This document shows positions 1 to 13,381 of a DNA stretch of 64,000 nucleotides, piece by piece. The notes beneath the pieces are model-generated. The model was not told the origin of the DNA, did not search any database, and was given only the letters and a program-made list of their open reading frames with translations. This DNA is from Schmidtea polychroa. Lineage: Eukaryota. Both the position numbers and the translations under genes were made by a program. How positions within the stretch are numbered: position 1 is the first letter of the stretch; each line of letters starts with the position of its first letter. The stretch is from NCBI GenBank assembly GCA_044892525.1, contig CM097888.1:89714001-89778000 (forward strand), read 5' to 3'.

Positions 1-725
1 AAGCAAATTCGATGCCATGTTATTATTAATATCAAGATCAACTGTATTCGGCTCCTAATACTGTTAGTGTTAGTTCTCATAGACCAACACCTTCATCCAT
101 TCCCCATTCACAATCACCACAATTTCATATGGGAAATACACAGTCAAATATAATCCAGCAAAGTAATTCTGTTTCAGAAGTAATTAAGCCGCCAAGTAGT
201 GTGGAATCTTGCAGTGGAATTCATGAACATGTAAATTCGCCAAAATCTCTTCAAATGAGCCAAGATGTTGAAATGGTTCCGTATTTTCAAAGAAAACAAT
301 TTCAAGTCAAATAATAAAATAATGCTACGTCTAGCTACTAGAATGATTTATATAATTCTGGTCTCTCTAGCGGCGATTGTGTTCCGATTTATTATTGTAT
401 TTTTTTGCATCCGAATGTTAAATCTCATTAACATCAGACATTCATGATTGAATAACAATTTGATTCAATTTACTTTTATTTCAAGACATTTAATTGTAAA
501 AATAATTTATATCTGTTTATCAAGGTGTTCAAAAAATTCGTTTGTTTATTTATATTAAGAAAGTTTATATACTTTGAGTTTAGTTTAAAAATAAAATTTA
601 GGAAGTTGATATAATTAATTTGAAACTTAATTTAATTCATGCCTGAAAAGTACCCTTATTCGAAGTCCGTGATCATTGATGATTCCAAATCTTCAACAAT
701 ATCAAACCACCACAGCTTGATATAT

Positions 726-923
726 AATTGGCTATCAAATGCTGACCAATGGCATTCCTTATATCCACTGTAAATAACAATCACAACAATTATTGGCTAC
801 CACACGCTGACCAATGGGATTCCTTATATTCACGGTAAATAACAATCACAACAATTATTGGCTATCAAATGCTGACCAATGGCATTCCTTATATCCACGG
901 TAAATAACAATCCCAACAATTAT
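726..923. repeat. Tandem repeat, 65-bp unit x3
   Basis: ttggcta recurs at 728, 793 and 858; unit aattattggcta..gctgaccaatgg.attccttatat.cac.gtaaataacaatcacaac, with an ATTGG and a CCAAT in each copy. Confidence 0.9.
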
Positions 924-1305
924 ATGTAAATAAATAAAAACATCAAATCCATAATAATATTGAAAGTGCAAAAATAAATTATAAAATGAAACAGGAACAA
1001 GAGCAATCCCTCAGTGATGGCATTCAGCCTTGCTAAACTCCAAACCAAATATTCGAGATATTTGATATGATATGAGAAAATAATATTTGCATAGATCTCG
1101 GTAAGGCCGTCTAATGACTCACTACCGATACAAATATAGATATAATAATATTAATTATTATGAAAATAATTATAGATCACTTGAAAAAGGCCGTGCCGAA
1201 AAATCGTGAATATCAAAAAGGCAGCGATATCCTTACTGATTCATAGTCAAAAAAACTTTCTAATAAATACAATAATAATAAAATTTTATTTATTTTTTGT
1301 TTCAG

Positions 1306-1391
1306 GAAAATTTCCGTGAAAGTTCAGGCTGAAGGAAATGATATTTTCCTTGTATACAACGAGACGGATGGGAAATCTCTATCAAAGAGAA
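1306..1391 (+). CDS. Candidate internal exon of a host gene (KISVKVQAEGNDIFLVYNETDGKSLSKR), possibly laminin-G-like
   Basis: Pyrimidine tract plus tttcag acceptor, gtgaga donor, one open frame, higher GC than flanks. Domain identity is only a visual impression. Confidence 0.4.
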
Positions 1392-1849
1392 GTGAGATTA
1401 AGATATATTTTATAAGATATTATGTAAATAATTAAAATTTGATTCAAATTTCCATTACAAATAAAAAATGTAATAAATTAATGGGAGAAATTGAGAATAT
1501 GGGGTCTGTGAAGATACAACTCACCATTCTCATTCAGTCTGAGAAAAATGTTGAAATTAAAGAAATTTTTTCTGTTTTTCAGATAATTTCCTGCTTGAGG
1601 ACCTCACTTAATTAAACAATAAAATGGAAAATTTTACATATTTAGCTGATGGCGGCTTTTTAAAATTAAAGAGATTGATTTTATCATTAAAAATTCTCAT
1701 ATATAAATAGGTTATCGTGTCGCAGCTTTAGAGTAACACCATCTTTAAAAGTCAATAAAGAGTAGGTAGTTAGTAGGCCCCTGCCCCCCCCCCCTCTAGA
1801 AAAAAATTTTTGCGGCAGCTCATTTTTTTACTTTTTTGAATATGTAATA

Positions 1850-2660
1850 GAAAGGGCCTATAGCAAAAAGGCCAAGATTTCTCTGACTATAGTGAGGGGG
1901 TCTCTTTGGTCCTGGGATTTTCAATACAAAATCCGATTATCACTAAAAAGCATGGAATTTAATGTCTCAGGATATTTTCAATAGAAAATGGTGGTCTTCA
2001 ATAAAAAGGCGTTGTAATTTAAGGTCTCAGGATATTTTCAATACAAAATCGGATTATCACTTAAAAAAAGCATAGAATTTTCAAAGTAAATTAAGGTGGG
2101 TGTCCTTGATCCTGGGATTTTCAATACAAATTTCAAAAAAGGCATTGCAATTTAAGGTCTATTTTCAATACAAAAGGGGGTCTTCACTAAAAAGCCAATG
2201 ATTTTCCAAGTATTATTGAAGTGGGTCTCCTTGGTCCTGGGATATTCAATACAAAATCCGATTATCACTAAAAAAACCATTGATATTTAAAATTGAAATA
2301 AGGGGGTCTCCTTGGTTCTGAGATTTTCAATACAAAAAGTGTCTACACTAAAAAAGCATGGTAAATTAAGGATAAATAGGTAAATTATGGGTCTAAAAAT
2401 TAGATTAAAGTAATCAATGGGCTTAGATTTTTGAATTAAACTAAAAAATGGTCTTAATTTTTAAATTACAGTAAATTATGGACTAAATAAATTAATTAAG
2501 GTTCAAAATTAAAAATTACAGTAAAATATGGACTAAATTTTTAAATTAATGTAATCAATGGGCTCAAATAAGTAATTTAAGGTTCGAATTTTAAATAGAA
2601 GTAAATTAAGGGTCTAAAAATTGAATTAAAGTAAGATTTTTAAATTTATTAACAAAAATT
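1850..2660. repeat. Degenerate tandem repeat arrays (ggga(t)attttcaatacaaaa units, then taaattatggactaaa-type units), probably transposon subterminal repeats
   Basis: ttttcaata(c/g)aaaa recurs about 7 times between 1918 and 2335; a second AT-rich motif recurs 2380-2640. Confidence 0.6.
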
Positions 2661-4909
2661 TAGAATAATAGTCGGTGTTTAAGAATTAAAAATTTTTATA
2701 AAATATTTTTTTAAGATTTCCTTTCTCATTTCTCAATTTTTTTCTTTCTGTGTTCTTCTCCAAGTTTAAGAATGCTATCTCAATTACCCTATCGGTTTTC
2801 CTTCAAGTTATTCTAATTATTTATAATATTATTTACTATTTAGTTATCCTCAGCAAATATATGAAAGTTGTTATATTATGCTATTTGATGATGATGTCAT
2901 TCACTGTCGCCTCATGTGTTAAAACAAACGATTTTAATTCTATAATATAAGTTTGTCTAAGTTTCATAAAATATAGAAGATATATTATGGCGTGACCTTT
3001 ATTTTAATTTAGAAACTTTGGAGATAATTTCCATGGAAAGTAAACATGTTTTGTATATAAATATTATATATTTTCATCGACCTAGATATTTTCCAGTGGG
3101 GTTTCTCCCGCGGTGACACTTCCATTTACTCATGTTCGCGTTTAGTATTGCGCTTCATAATGACCCAAGCAATGAGAGTTGCTCATCCATTCGCACGTAA
3201 TTCACTCATTTGTTCATTCTATGAAATCCATTTGATAATAGAGATTCAGTTCCTCAGTTACGCAATACAAATTTATTTTCTTTCTCATTTAGTCACTGAT
3301 AGGAATAATGATTTGATTATCACATATAAGCGTCATGTATAATTTATCATTAAGATATATTACTCAACTGAGAGCCCAGCTGCATTTAGATATTCTTTAT
3401 AATTCTTCAAGGCATTTATATAGCTCTTCTATTTCAGCATCCAACTCTACTTTTGATAAACATTCATTTGCTACTCCTCTTTTATGTAAATATTGACCTT
3501 CATCCTTTAGGTATTTTGCTATTGAGATAAATATTAGAAATTGATACATTCAAACAAATATAAAAATGTTTACTAAAAGTGGAAAAACGATTTCAAGACA
3601 TTTACATCTAGGCAATCTTTATTATGAAGGTGCCACATCAAATTATTAATTATTTATTTAATTATTAATTAATCTTAATTTAATTTTAATAATAAATTTT
3701 CATAGCACTGCAAGGCCAGCAATAATCATTGAGGGATTCTCTGATGTTTCACTGTAATTATTTGAGTAATTTGAATTAGGATATTAAATAATAATAATAA
3801 TAAGAATAATTATAAAAATATGTTCAAATCATTTTGTTTGACAAGAACTATTCAATCAGCCCAAGGATTGATTGAAAACAGTCAAATAATAATAAAGTAA
3901 TAAATAAAATTAATAGCTACAAAATAATTATTGCGTCAGTATGCCCTTCATTGCTACAGTATCCTGTCCGTTTGTTCACCATACAAATATGCTACAGTAA
4001 ATAAAAAATTCATTAAAACATTACTAAAAATATTTTGACCCCCTTTGGAAAATTTTAGATTTTGTATTGAAGTGATCAGGAGATATTTCATTTTATGTTA
4101 ATAATAATAATGTAAAAAGTATAAATATAAAAATAAAAATATATTCAAATAAATAATAATGAAATATATTCAGCGATAACTGATAAATATCAACCAAATC
4201 AAAATGGCCGCCTTTATTTATCATTTGGTGGAAATGTTATCAGAATAAAGGTAATTTATATTTTTATTATAAGAACTTTTATTTCTTCCAATTTCACTAC
4301 TGATTACTTTCTCCATTGAATTTATTAAAAAGAGAGCTTGAAGACTAAAAATCAATAATATATCGATGTTTGTTAATACTCGCGAATTTTAGGCACTGCC
4401 TTTTTCAAGTGAATTTATATTTTGTTTTGTTAGAGCTTTTTCTTTATTTGGTGGTTTTCACTGTTTTTGCGGGTACTCGGTAATATATTTATATATTTAA
4501 TGGAGGGGGATAAAGGAGCTTGACAAATATATATGTAATGGCAGTTCACTGGTGTGACACGTGAGAAATGTATTAGGAAAGGATAAAATATTCAAGAAAA
4601 TATAAATTATAGAAATCTTTATGAGGGCTGAAAAATGAAATTTGTCACTGATAATAAAAGAGCTCGCCATGTCACTTTCTGTAGTCAAATTGAATTTCTT
4701 TTCAATCTCTTCGGCATTTCATGAAATCAACCTGATCAAGATTTGAATTTGCATGGAATATCACAAAGCTTGAGATTTCAATTAACTTTTGAACCGGATT
4801 TGAAAAATAATTTAGAAGATATGCTATCAGTTTCTAGTAAATATAATTTATGATCAAAGGCAATTGTGACACTTATGGAATAATATTGTATAATTAATTG
4901 GGGGTCGTA

Positions 4910-7302
4910 CAGGCTCGTCGGTGGGGGTAGGGTGCAAATGCCCAGGTGGCCGGGTTCGATTTGTTATGTATTTAAATTTAATATTACTGACACTTAAGTT
5001 GACTTAACTACAATCAGTTTAAACTCAAGCATCTGAATTCCATCAGAATAAATTGAACATCAACAAGCAGTTAAATCAACATCGGTACCAATATTAAAAA
5101 AAACCAAATAAAGTTTTGAGTTTTTTAATGCTGAAATTACAAACTGTTATATTTACTAACCATGATTACTGAAGCTGAAACCATGCGTATCATTTGCGTA
5201 ATATAGAACACAGCCACGGGCCACAGGCCACTACGTCAAGTTAAACCTCATCTGCTATTTTATGAGTTAATAATATTATTATAATGTTTTTATTTAAATA
5301 ATTATATTAATTTATTAAAAATTAAAATCGTTTGTAACGATGGAATATAAGTACAAACCTGGCAAAGCAAAACTTGGTAGGCGCACATTATTTCAATTTG
5401 GAATCTGAAAATATGACAAATCAGAGCCTCTGCTCATTACTACCCCTGTCGGTTAGTCAGTGAAGTTGCAGTATCCTGCAGGTCAATTCTGTCAAGTGAT
5501 CAAGGGTGGTCAACACAGCAAGCATGGCGTAAGTTGTACAATAAAGTATCCTCTCGTGAGAAAAGTGACGGCCATCAAAATGCTATATACAGTGGAGAGT
5601 ATTAGACAGAAGATTTCACCACCGGAAAAATATAGTGTCTCAGATGGATAAAGAAGCAGCTGCAGAAGTGAAATACTGGAGAGATGTACTCAAAAGCATT
5701 TTAGTAGTGGTTTTATTTTTGAGCGAGAAAGGACTTGCTTTCAGAGGCTCTTCAAACTAAATTGATAACTACAATAATGGGAATTTTCTTGGAATTATAC
5801 ACCCGTTAGCCCAGTTTGATCCAATTTTAGTTATAGAATCTCTAATAACAGTACACCGCCTTCAAGCCCATTATCTCTCAGCAGATTCACAAAATGGCTT
5901 TATCGAAGCGTGCAGCGCCAAAGTTGTTCAAGAAATTCATGAAGGAAGAGAAAAATCAAAGTACTTTTCAATTTTAGTAGTTGCTACACCTGATCGTTCT
6001 CATACAGCACAAAGTACTTTCATATATTCATATGTACTAGATGGCAATTCAACTTTTGTTGTCAAAGAACGTTTTCTTGCATTTGTTGATTACAACAACC
6101 AAATTAGACAAGATATTGCAGACATCATTAAATCAGAACTGAATAATCATGGAATTCCTTTAGGAGATTGTCAAGGTCAGGGTTACAACAACGGATCAAA
6201 TATGGTAGGAGAGTATAAATGAGCACAAGCTATTATTGCAAACTGTAACCCTCTAGCAAACTCTCAAATTGTGGTGCGCATGGTTGAGATTTGTGCGGTA
6301 TGTATGCTGCTGAGTGTTGTAATGACGTAATTGCTTTTTTTGGAATAGCACAAAGTCCCCAACGATGGGAAATACTGCAAACATATATTGGATACTCACT
6401 TCATAACCTTTCTCAAACTAGATGGTCTGCACGCGTGGAAGGTGTAAAACCGATTGCAAAGCATCTGCCACTTATCAAGCATGTAATTATGAAGTGTAAC
6501 GAACTAAATTTGTCATCAAAAGACCGAACTGCAAAGAATCGAGCAATATATGAAACCATTCTGAATTGGCCAGAAATATTAAGGGGAAATTAAGGGAAAC
6601 TGATCTGGAGAAGGAATATGACAAAGATGTTAGTAGTGACTTAACTGAAGAAATGACACATCTTAAGTCTATTTATTCAGTAAACTTGCCAGATGAATGC
6701 CTTCATCCAATAGAAATGCTGAATAAACTTTACCAATTAAAGTTAGAATCCCTATTCCCAAATATAGCGATCGCTATCAGGATTTTCATTACGATTCTTG
6801 TGACTGTTGCTGATGCTGAAAGACCTTTCAGTTTGCTCAAGCTAATTAGAAGTGTCCAACGATCTGTTATGAAACAAGCATACAGGCTGAATGAACTTGC
6901 AACTCTTGCAATCGAATGTGACTAGGCAAAATCATTGAACCTTGATAATATTATACATGATTTGGCATCAGCTAAATTCAGGAAATTTCTTCTTTGACTA
7001 GCCTAAATTTGAAATTTAAAGTCTGAGTAAAATAGTTGTTGTGCAGTCGTATAGGTGCTTTATTATTACAATATTTTATTATTTTCCATTTATGTATTTG
7101 CCGGGGGGGTATTACTGCCTCCCCCCACATCATTGAATTATATCAACCCATGGCGGTTCATTAAATTGTATCAGTTTTTATTGTTTTTTACATTGAGATT
7201 CTTGCAAAATCATGTTTCACCCCCCCCACTCTAGTGATGAGATTGTTTAGAAGCCCATGAAATGCTCTGCCTAGGGGCCCAGAATTGCTGTCGGCAGGCT
7301 TG
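4910..7302 (+). mobile_element. Degenerate hAT transposon (ZMYM1-like/DUF4371-type transposase), full length but with many stops and frameshifts
   Basis: Peptide remnants LSERGLAFRGS, GNFLG, SKYFSILV..TPD.SH and C-terminal hAT dimerization region (FPNIAIAIRIFITILVTVADAERPFSLLKLI). Degenerate CA..TG termini; flanks gggtcgta (4902-4909) and gggtcata (7303-7310) are an 8-bp TSD with 1 mismatch. Confidence 0.85.
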
Positions 7303-8114
7303 GGGTCATATAAATGATATGAAGGTCCGCATGACTATTAGATATTTATGTTATAAATGTGCTAAATATGTATGTTATACATTCTAGTTCTATTTTATGC
7401 AAGATGATTAGCAATTCTCTTATTGTGCTATCCGTCTCATATAATAATACAGGGTTTTCCAGCCCAATTCGTTATAAAGAATTCAAATTAGATTTTACAT
7501 TAAATTGAACACGAAATACAAATAATCAAAAATGTTTAAAACATTTTATATACCTTAATCCCCAATAACCTCATTAGCGATACCTCGTTGAATATAGCGT
7601 GGCATCGTTTTGAAATATCCCTCACAATCGCTTCGACTTATCAGATCCTTTCCATTTCGATGGCCCTCATCAGATCAATCTCATTGTAGCAGTTGTTAAT
7701 GGATCATTGCGTCGTATTGGAATCCTAAGGATGCTAGTTCTTTTAAGGAAATAATGAAATGTATCTAAATATAGTCGGAACTGAAAGGGTTATATCATAT
7801 TCAATAAAAATTCGATTCTAGGCTGAGTGCACAGTCATCATCTAGCCATGATTTAATAATTTCTTTCTGCTCATCATTAAGCCTAATATTTCTCGCCCCA
7901 CCCCGCGGTGATGCTGTTGTCTTCCCGCTGTTTTGTTTGTTTTAATATTGTTTTAATATCCCACCAATTCGCGATTTCTTTATCCCCAGAAATGTGAGGT
8001 GGAGTAAATGGTTGCAAGCTTGATCGTTCTGGGATGGATAGGTGAGCAGCTGATGGTAATTGTTGAGGCGGTAAGCTCACAATCAAATAGGTTGTGTATT
8101 TGGTGCAAAATCAG

Positions 8115-8204
8115 AAGATGTAAATGATGTTAGAAACTGGGAGATTTTTATGGGTGATAACCTTGTTACAAGGGTGTCCACGGAGATTGATGACTCTGAT
8201 AAAG
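8115..8204 (+). CDS. Candidate internal exon (EDVNDVRNWEIFMGDNLVTRVSTEIDDSDK)
   Basis: cag acceptor (weak, purine-rich), gtaaat donor, 90 nt, phase 1-1, open frame. Confidence 0.35.
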
Positions 8205-8715
8205 GTAAATATGAATAACATACATATAGGATAGAATATATTGGCTTACTTTTTAAATTTTTCTTCTTTTCCTTGTCCTCATTTGTTGTCCTGAAATCTC
8301 TTGCTTAGCCTGAATATTTGCATTTATAGCATAATATTAAATATTGATTAGCTGAAATTTAAAAATTGAAATTTGAATTTAATAAAATCCGATTTGAATT
8401 TATATTTGATCTAATTTGAATATTTTATAACGAATTTGAAACAAAAATAAACCAATTTTAATTTAATAAACTCAGATTTCAATTAAAAAAACCGAATTAG
8501 NNNNNNNNNNNNNNNNNNNNNNNNNNNNNNNNNNNNNNNNNNNNNNNNNNNNNNNNNNNNNNNNNNNNNNNNNNNNNNNNNNNNNNNNNNNNNNNNNNNN
8601 NNNNNNNNNNNNNNNNNNNNNNNNNNNNNNNNNNNNNNNNNNNNNNNNNNNNNNNNNNNNNNNNNNNNNNNNNNNNNNNNNNNNNNNNNNNNNNNNNNNN
8701 NNNNNNNNNNNNNNN

Positions 8716-8941
8716 CGTACAAAACAATTCTACAATAAATACAAAGTCATATGTTGCCAAAGATTTATCCAAAGAGCATTTCACATCAATCTCAATGCTA
8801 AGCGCTCCTGGATTCATTGGTAATGCACTTTGTAATCATGTGAATGGTTATTATGAATTCCTCTAGACATCGTCCACAAATTGAGGCCCTCTCAATATCA
8901 ATGGCTGCCCTTCCATAGCAAATTCTTTGTCAACAATTCTT
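8716..8941 (+). CDS. Two exons of a host gene (8716-8819, 8867-8941), paralogous to 50062-50282
   Basis: NNSTINTKSYVAKDLSKEHFTSISMLSAPGFI / DIVHKLRPSQYQWLPFHSKFFVNNS joined by a 47-nt GT-AG intron (8820-8866) in matching phase. Similarity to the 50-kb copy ends at the shared GT donor and several differences are synonymous. 5' end lost in an N-gap. Confidence 0.65.
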
Positions 8942-9233
8942 GTAATTTATTATTCTGTTGCTCACAAGTTATACAAAAATATAAATTTAGTTGATAAAGC
9001 AAATCATTATATAAATAATAATTAATTTCTACATAATCTCACATTATAATTGATATTCACTGATCCATGCAGCGGATAAGATCAAATTTGTTGATGTAAA
9101 TTTATTTCAATTCAAAATCTGCCATTGGCTGACTCAATCAAACAACAAAACGAATTTCTCAATAATAATATTTACATCATTATTGATTATTTCTGTGGAA
9201 TTTATAATTAAATTTCATATATAATATAATATA

Positions 9234-9471
9234 CTTCCTCTGTCCAAAAATGATAGTCCAGTTGCATTTTAGCCTTTTCCCCAAAATGATTGTCAATAGA
9301 GATTATAAAAAATTGAACGGTTTTGTAAAACCTTTTACAGTAAAATCACATTAAATAATTTTATTTTATTGATTGAACAAATAACAAAACTGCATTTTAA
9401 GTATCACTGTTACGTATAAAAGAAATTACGATTTAAAGTCAAACTGGGCTATCATTTTTGGACAGAGGGAG
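9234..9471. mobile_element. Stowaway-like Tc1/mariner MITE, 238 bp
   Basis: About 30-bp TIRs c(t/c)ccctctgtccaaaaatgatag(t/c)ccagtt with 2 mismatches; TA on both sides (9232-9233, 9472-9473); no coding capacity. Confidence 0.9.
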
Positions 9472-9907
9472 TATCATTTAATTATTTCCTGTTATGCTCA
9501 CGATGCACTTGCTAAACATTGCTGCTCTCGTTGCAGTTTTATATTTATTGATTATTGATTATTATTATTATTATTTAAATAAACACGGTAAAGATTTTAT
9601 TAATAAAAATCGCCATTCGTACATCTTTTTCACTATATATTTCGATAGCATCACAATCATCATCATCAGGTTACCTACATTCACGACGGATAAATAATTA
9701 TACAATGTTGATAATTTATAAACAATTTATAAAATCTTATAATTTTCAAAATTTTCAAATTTTCAAAATTATAAATAAAAATTTTCAAAAAATTATTTTT
9801 AAAAATAATTTTCAACAAACAATTATTTTAAACTTTTAAAATTCTTTAAAAATATCAATTTTAATTATATTTTTTAATTATTTAACATAACTATTATTTA
9901 ATATACA

Positions 9908-11105
9908 TCAACATACAAAACCTAAATTAAAAACATTCAACACACGCGTATTCACTGCATTCTGTACATTGATTTTAGGATTGAAAGTTCTTATCAATAA
10001 TGCTTCACATATCACACGCTCAAAAAAATTATCAAATTTTTTTGATAATATTTTAAAAACCGACATCCCCAATTCTTCCATACAGACTTTATGGTGATCT
10101 TTAATATTAGACATTCTCCTTGGTCGACAGTGTTCCTGACCTCGAGTACAGAGGTGACGGGAAGCCTCTCCAATGTATGTGGCATTACACCCATTACATG
10201 TGAATTGATAAACGAGATCTGAGCACAATCCAACCGGCGTTTGAGATTTACTAACAAACATACTACGTACTTTGCACGATTTTGAGATGAATAATTCAAT
10301 TCACCCAGCAGTTTACCTATATTTCTTTTGAAATCTTTATATCCTTCAGAATACGGTAATTCCATCGTATATTTTGGCTCATCTTGTTTGTCAGTATCAA
10401 TACTCATATTCACTACATCATTCGACATATCAGTCAATTTACATTCATTCATACTACGATCCTTAGCATTATTCATACATTTATCAACAGTCTCTTTCAA
10501 CTTTAACAATAAAAACCGTTTTGAGTAGCCATTCTTCACCAGTAATTCAACTAATTTATCTACACTTTTTACTGAATTTTTAAAAGTGGAAGATGAGCAC
10601 CATGATCGATAAACCAATTCTTTCACAATATTTCTTTTATATTTAAATTTACAAAAACTCTCTGGGTTAGTATAGAGGCCGGTATCTGTTGGTGGTGAAA
10701 GCTGATAAAATTTTATACACAATTGGTTTTTCATCTTGAAAAGAAGCAATTTTCTTTTCTAAACATGCCAAAAATATTGACGCCATTGTTGGTGCTAAGG
10801 ACGAACCCATAGCCACTCCATCAATTTGTTCACACCATTCATTATTAAAAAAAATTAACTTTGGAAGTTGCAAACTCTCAAAGTTTCCTAAATGCATTTC
10901 CATCACACATATTATGCGCATTAATATTTTCATTCCATAATTCACAACATAAATCGATTGTTTCTATCAACGGGACATTAGTAAATGAACTACATACATC
11001 AAATGAAACCATATACTCATTAACATTATTTTTATTCAATTGTCCTATGCATGATGCAAATTCAAAACTGTCCTTACATTCAAACTCAGATTTTATTAAG
11101 AATTT
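9908..11105 (-). mobile_element. Penelope-like retroelement fragment (RT plus GIY-YIG endonuclease), 5'-truncated and internally deleted
   Basis: KDSFEF, MVSFDVCSSFTNVP, QIDGVAMGSSLAP (PLE RT motifs), thumb region TGLYTNPESFCKFKYK, GIY-YIG VYQFTCNGCNATYIGE and CEALLIRTFNPKIN. The YxDD segment is absent; frameshifts present. Confidence 0.9.
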
Positions 11106-11889
11106 TATTTATAATTTCGGCAGACAACAATAACTACTACAACAGCAGCACCAACAACAACAGCAACAGAGAGGTGGCAGCACAATCAAAATTACTGCCT
11201 TAATTGCAAACTGCAACAGAAGATCAAGATAATCAAAGAGAAATCGAGATGAGAAATATTTCCAATATAAAGGAGATTAAAGAGATCATTATGAACATAG
11301 AACAGATTAATAAAGAAATGTAAAATGAAGGTTGCGGCTGTGAAAGCCTTCATGAGGAATTATGCAATTATTGTCCAAAATCGGAGTAAATATCAAGCTC
11401 AACAATATTGACAATCACGACCCAGATAAAGATTATGAGAAAACCGCCTGCTACACAGGGAATCATTTAGAAACAATCACAGAGGTGTAGATCAAAGGGG
11501 TTTACCCCATTGGCTATCAAATTTATTTAAATTTTGATTAAACGAGAATAATATTTTTGTGAAATAAATATTCCAAATGCCTCAAAAGATCAGCGGCTAG
11601 ATGATTCTGATCATAGTGAGAAAGGTTATTTGGTTGCTGACTATAGTCAGCATTTGCTCATAAAATTCAATATTGCACCTCAAAATCGATATGAGCATTT
11701 CATTCTAGTCACATAAATTCCAAGAGGGCACAAAAACTCATTTTGGTTCAGAACGCTGACATTTGTTTACTGGAGGAATTATTTGTTGATTTTTGTCCAA
11801 TAGGATCATTTTGAATCATTAAATAATTAACATAAATATAATTTAATATTAAAACGTTATCGCTAGGAATGATATGCAATTTATTGTAG

Positions 11890-12086
11890 CGCATCCAATC
11901 AATGGCAATAATTCCAGTGAGCAACGCCAGGGACAGAAAGGTGGAATGGGAAGGGTAAATATTTATTTGTTTTCATTTGCAATTGATTGTTGCTGTTGAT
12001 TAAAGCAGGCTTGGAGCTGTGAGGCATATAATTATCAATTTGCAATTTCACCTCTATAACCCCAATAGCTTTATCACATACACTGG
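11890..12086 (+). CDS. Two host exons (11890-11954; 12006-12086, continuing at 18260) interrupted by the 12087-18253 insertion
   Basis: tgtag acceptor, 51-nt GT-AG intron 11955-12005, phases match. With the insertion and one TSD copy removed the frame is open: RIQSMAIIPVSNARDRKVEWEG-RLGAVRHIIINLQFHLYNPNSFITYTGLEQTFIWLPSHPAATRLIKFLLF*. Confidence 0.5.
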
Positions 12087-12759
12087 AGTAGATGGTAGTG
12101 AGCTCCCCAGAACATGAGCTCCCCGCGACACATATACCCCCCCCCGGGGGAAATTTTTTTTTTAAATAAAAGGTCAAGGTCATTTATTTTTTCAAGGTCA
12201 AATTTTTTTTTCAAGGTCATATTTTAAAATTTAAATTTACAGAGTTTCCGCCAACGAAAATTATTCAGCGATAGCTCATTTTAAAGCCCGATCCAAGACC
12301 TTTCGATTGAGCTATTGAGGGTATTGGCATAGTTATATTAGCATAATAATATTGGCATAGTTATTAACGTTTTCCCGAGACCATTTTCAAGGTCATTTGA
12401 CTATTTTATTATTATTTTTCAAAATATTATTATTTTCAAGGTCATTTATTTTTTCAAGGTCATTTCAAGGTCGCGTGACTCATCCAAGGTCATTCCCAAG
12501 GTCATATGACTCATTAGGATGAATCATCAAGGTCATATTATTAATTTTTAAAATATTATTATTATTTTTCAAAAACATTATTAAGTGTCGCGGGGAGCTC
12601 ATGGTTTTCGTTTGCCCAAAAGTTATCGTTCCCATTATCCGAATTTATTAATCGATGGCTTAATTTAAAGCTTAGTGCAAGACCTTTCGAATGAGCTATT
12701 GAAGGTATCATCATCATTAATATTGGCATAGTTATTAACGTTTTCCCGAGACCATTTTC

Positions 12760-12995
12760 AAGGTCATTTGACTATTATTATTTTTCAAAATATTATTATT
12801 TTCAAGGTCATTTATTTTTTCAAGGTCATTTGTTTTTTCAAGGTCATTTATTTTTTCAAGGTCATTAATTTTTTTGAGGTCATTTATTTTTTCAAGGTCA
12901 TTTATTTTTTTGAGGTCATTTATTTTTTCAAGGTCATTTATTTTTTCAAGGTCATTTATTTTTTCAAGGTCATTTATTTTTTCAAGGTCATATTT
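12760..12995 (+). repeat. 18-bp tandem repeat (ttcaaggtcatttatttt) inside the left TIR; mirrored at ~17590-17760
   Basis: About 12 near-identical units; explains the spurious FKVIYF ORF 12768-13013. Confidence 0.9.
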
Positions 12996-13086
12996 AAAAA
13001 TTTAAATTTTTAGAGTTCCCGCCAACAAAAATTGTTCATCGATAGCTCTTTTAAAGCCCAATCCAAGACCTTTCGAATGAGCCATA

Positions 13087-13087
<1 letters not shown>

Positions 13088-13163
<76 letters not shown>

Positions 13164-13307
13164 GTATTAATATATATACTCCTAGTCTATCCGACAAAAT
13201 ATTCTGTCCCCCTATGGGTACTGCTCACAAGGTTACTGCTGACGCTCAACAACTCGCAAGGGTACAATGATTTTATTAAACAATGTAATAAAACACATAT
13301 TTTCTAA

Positions 13308-13381
<74 letters not shown>
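13088..13381. repeat. (TAT)n microsatellites at 13088-13163 and 13310-13381 in the left TIR; (TAC)n(TAA)n counterpart at 17148-17233
   Basis: Direct reading; explains the poly-Leu ORF 13032-13307. Confidence 0.95.

Noticed and set aside
1-450. In-frame TAA/TAG within a Ser/Pro/Gln-rich reading frame, hinting at a variant genetic code
   Set aside because: The kinase ends at TAA and the intact transposase at TAG at the expected positions, and clean exons contain no internal TAA/TAG; no support for reassignment.
7560-8090. Minus-strand coding-like patches with a faint ankyrin resemblance
   Set aside because: In-frame stops and no convincing motif or splice chain.
12768-13307. ORFs with FKVIYF repeats and poly-Leu
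   Set aside because: Translations of the 18-bp array and (TAT)n microsatellite inside the TIR.
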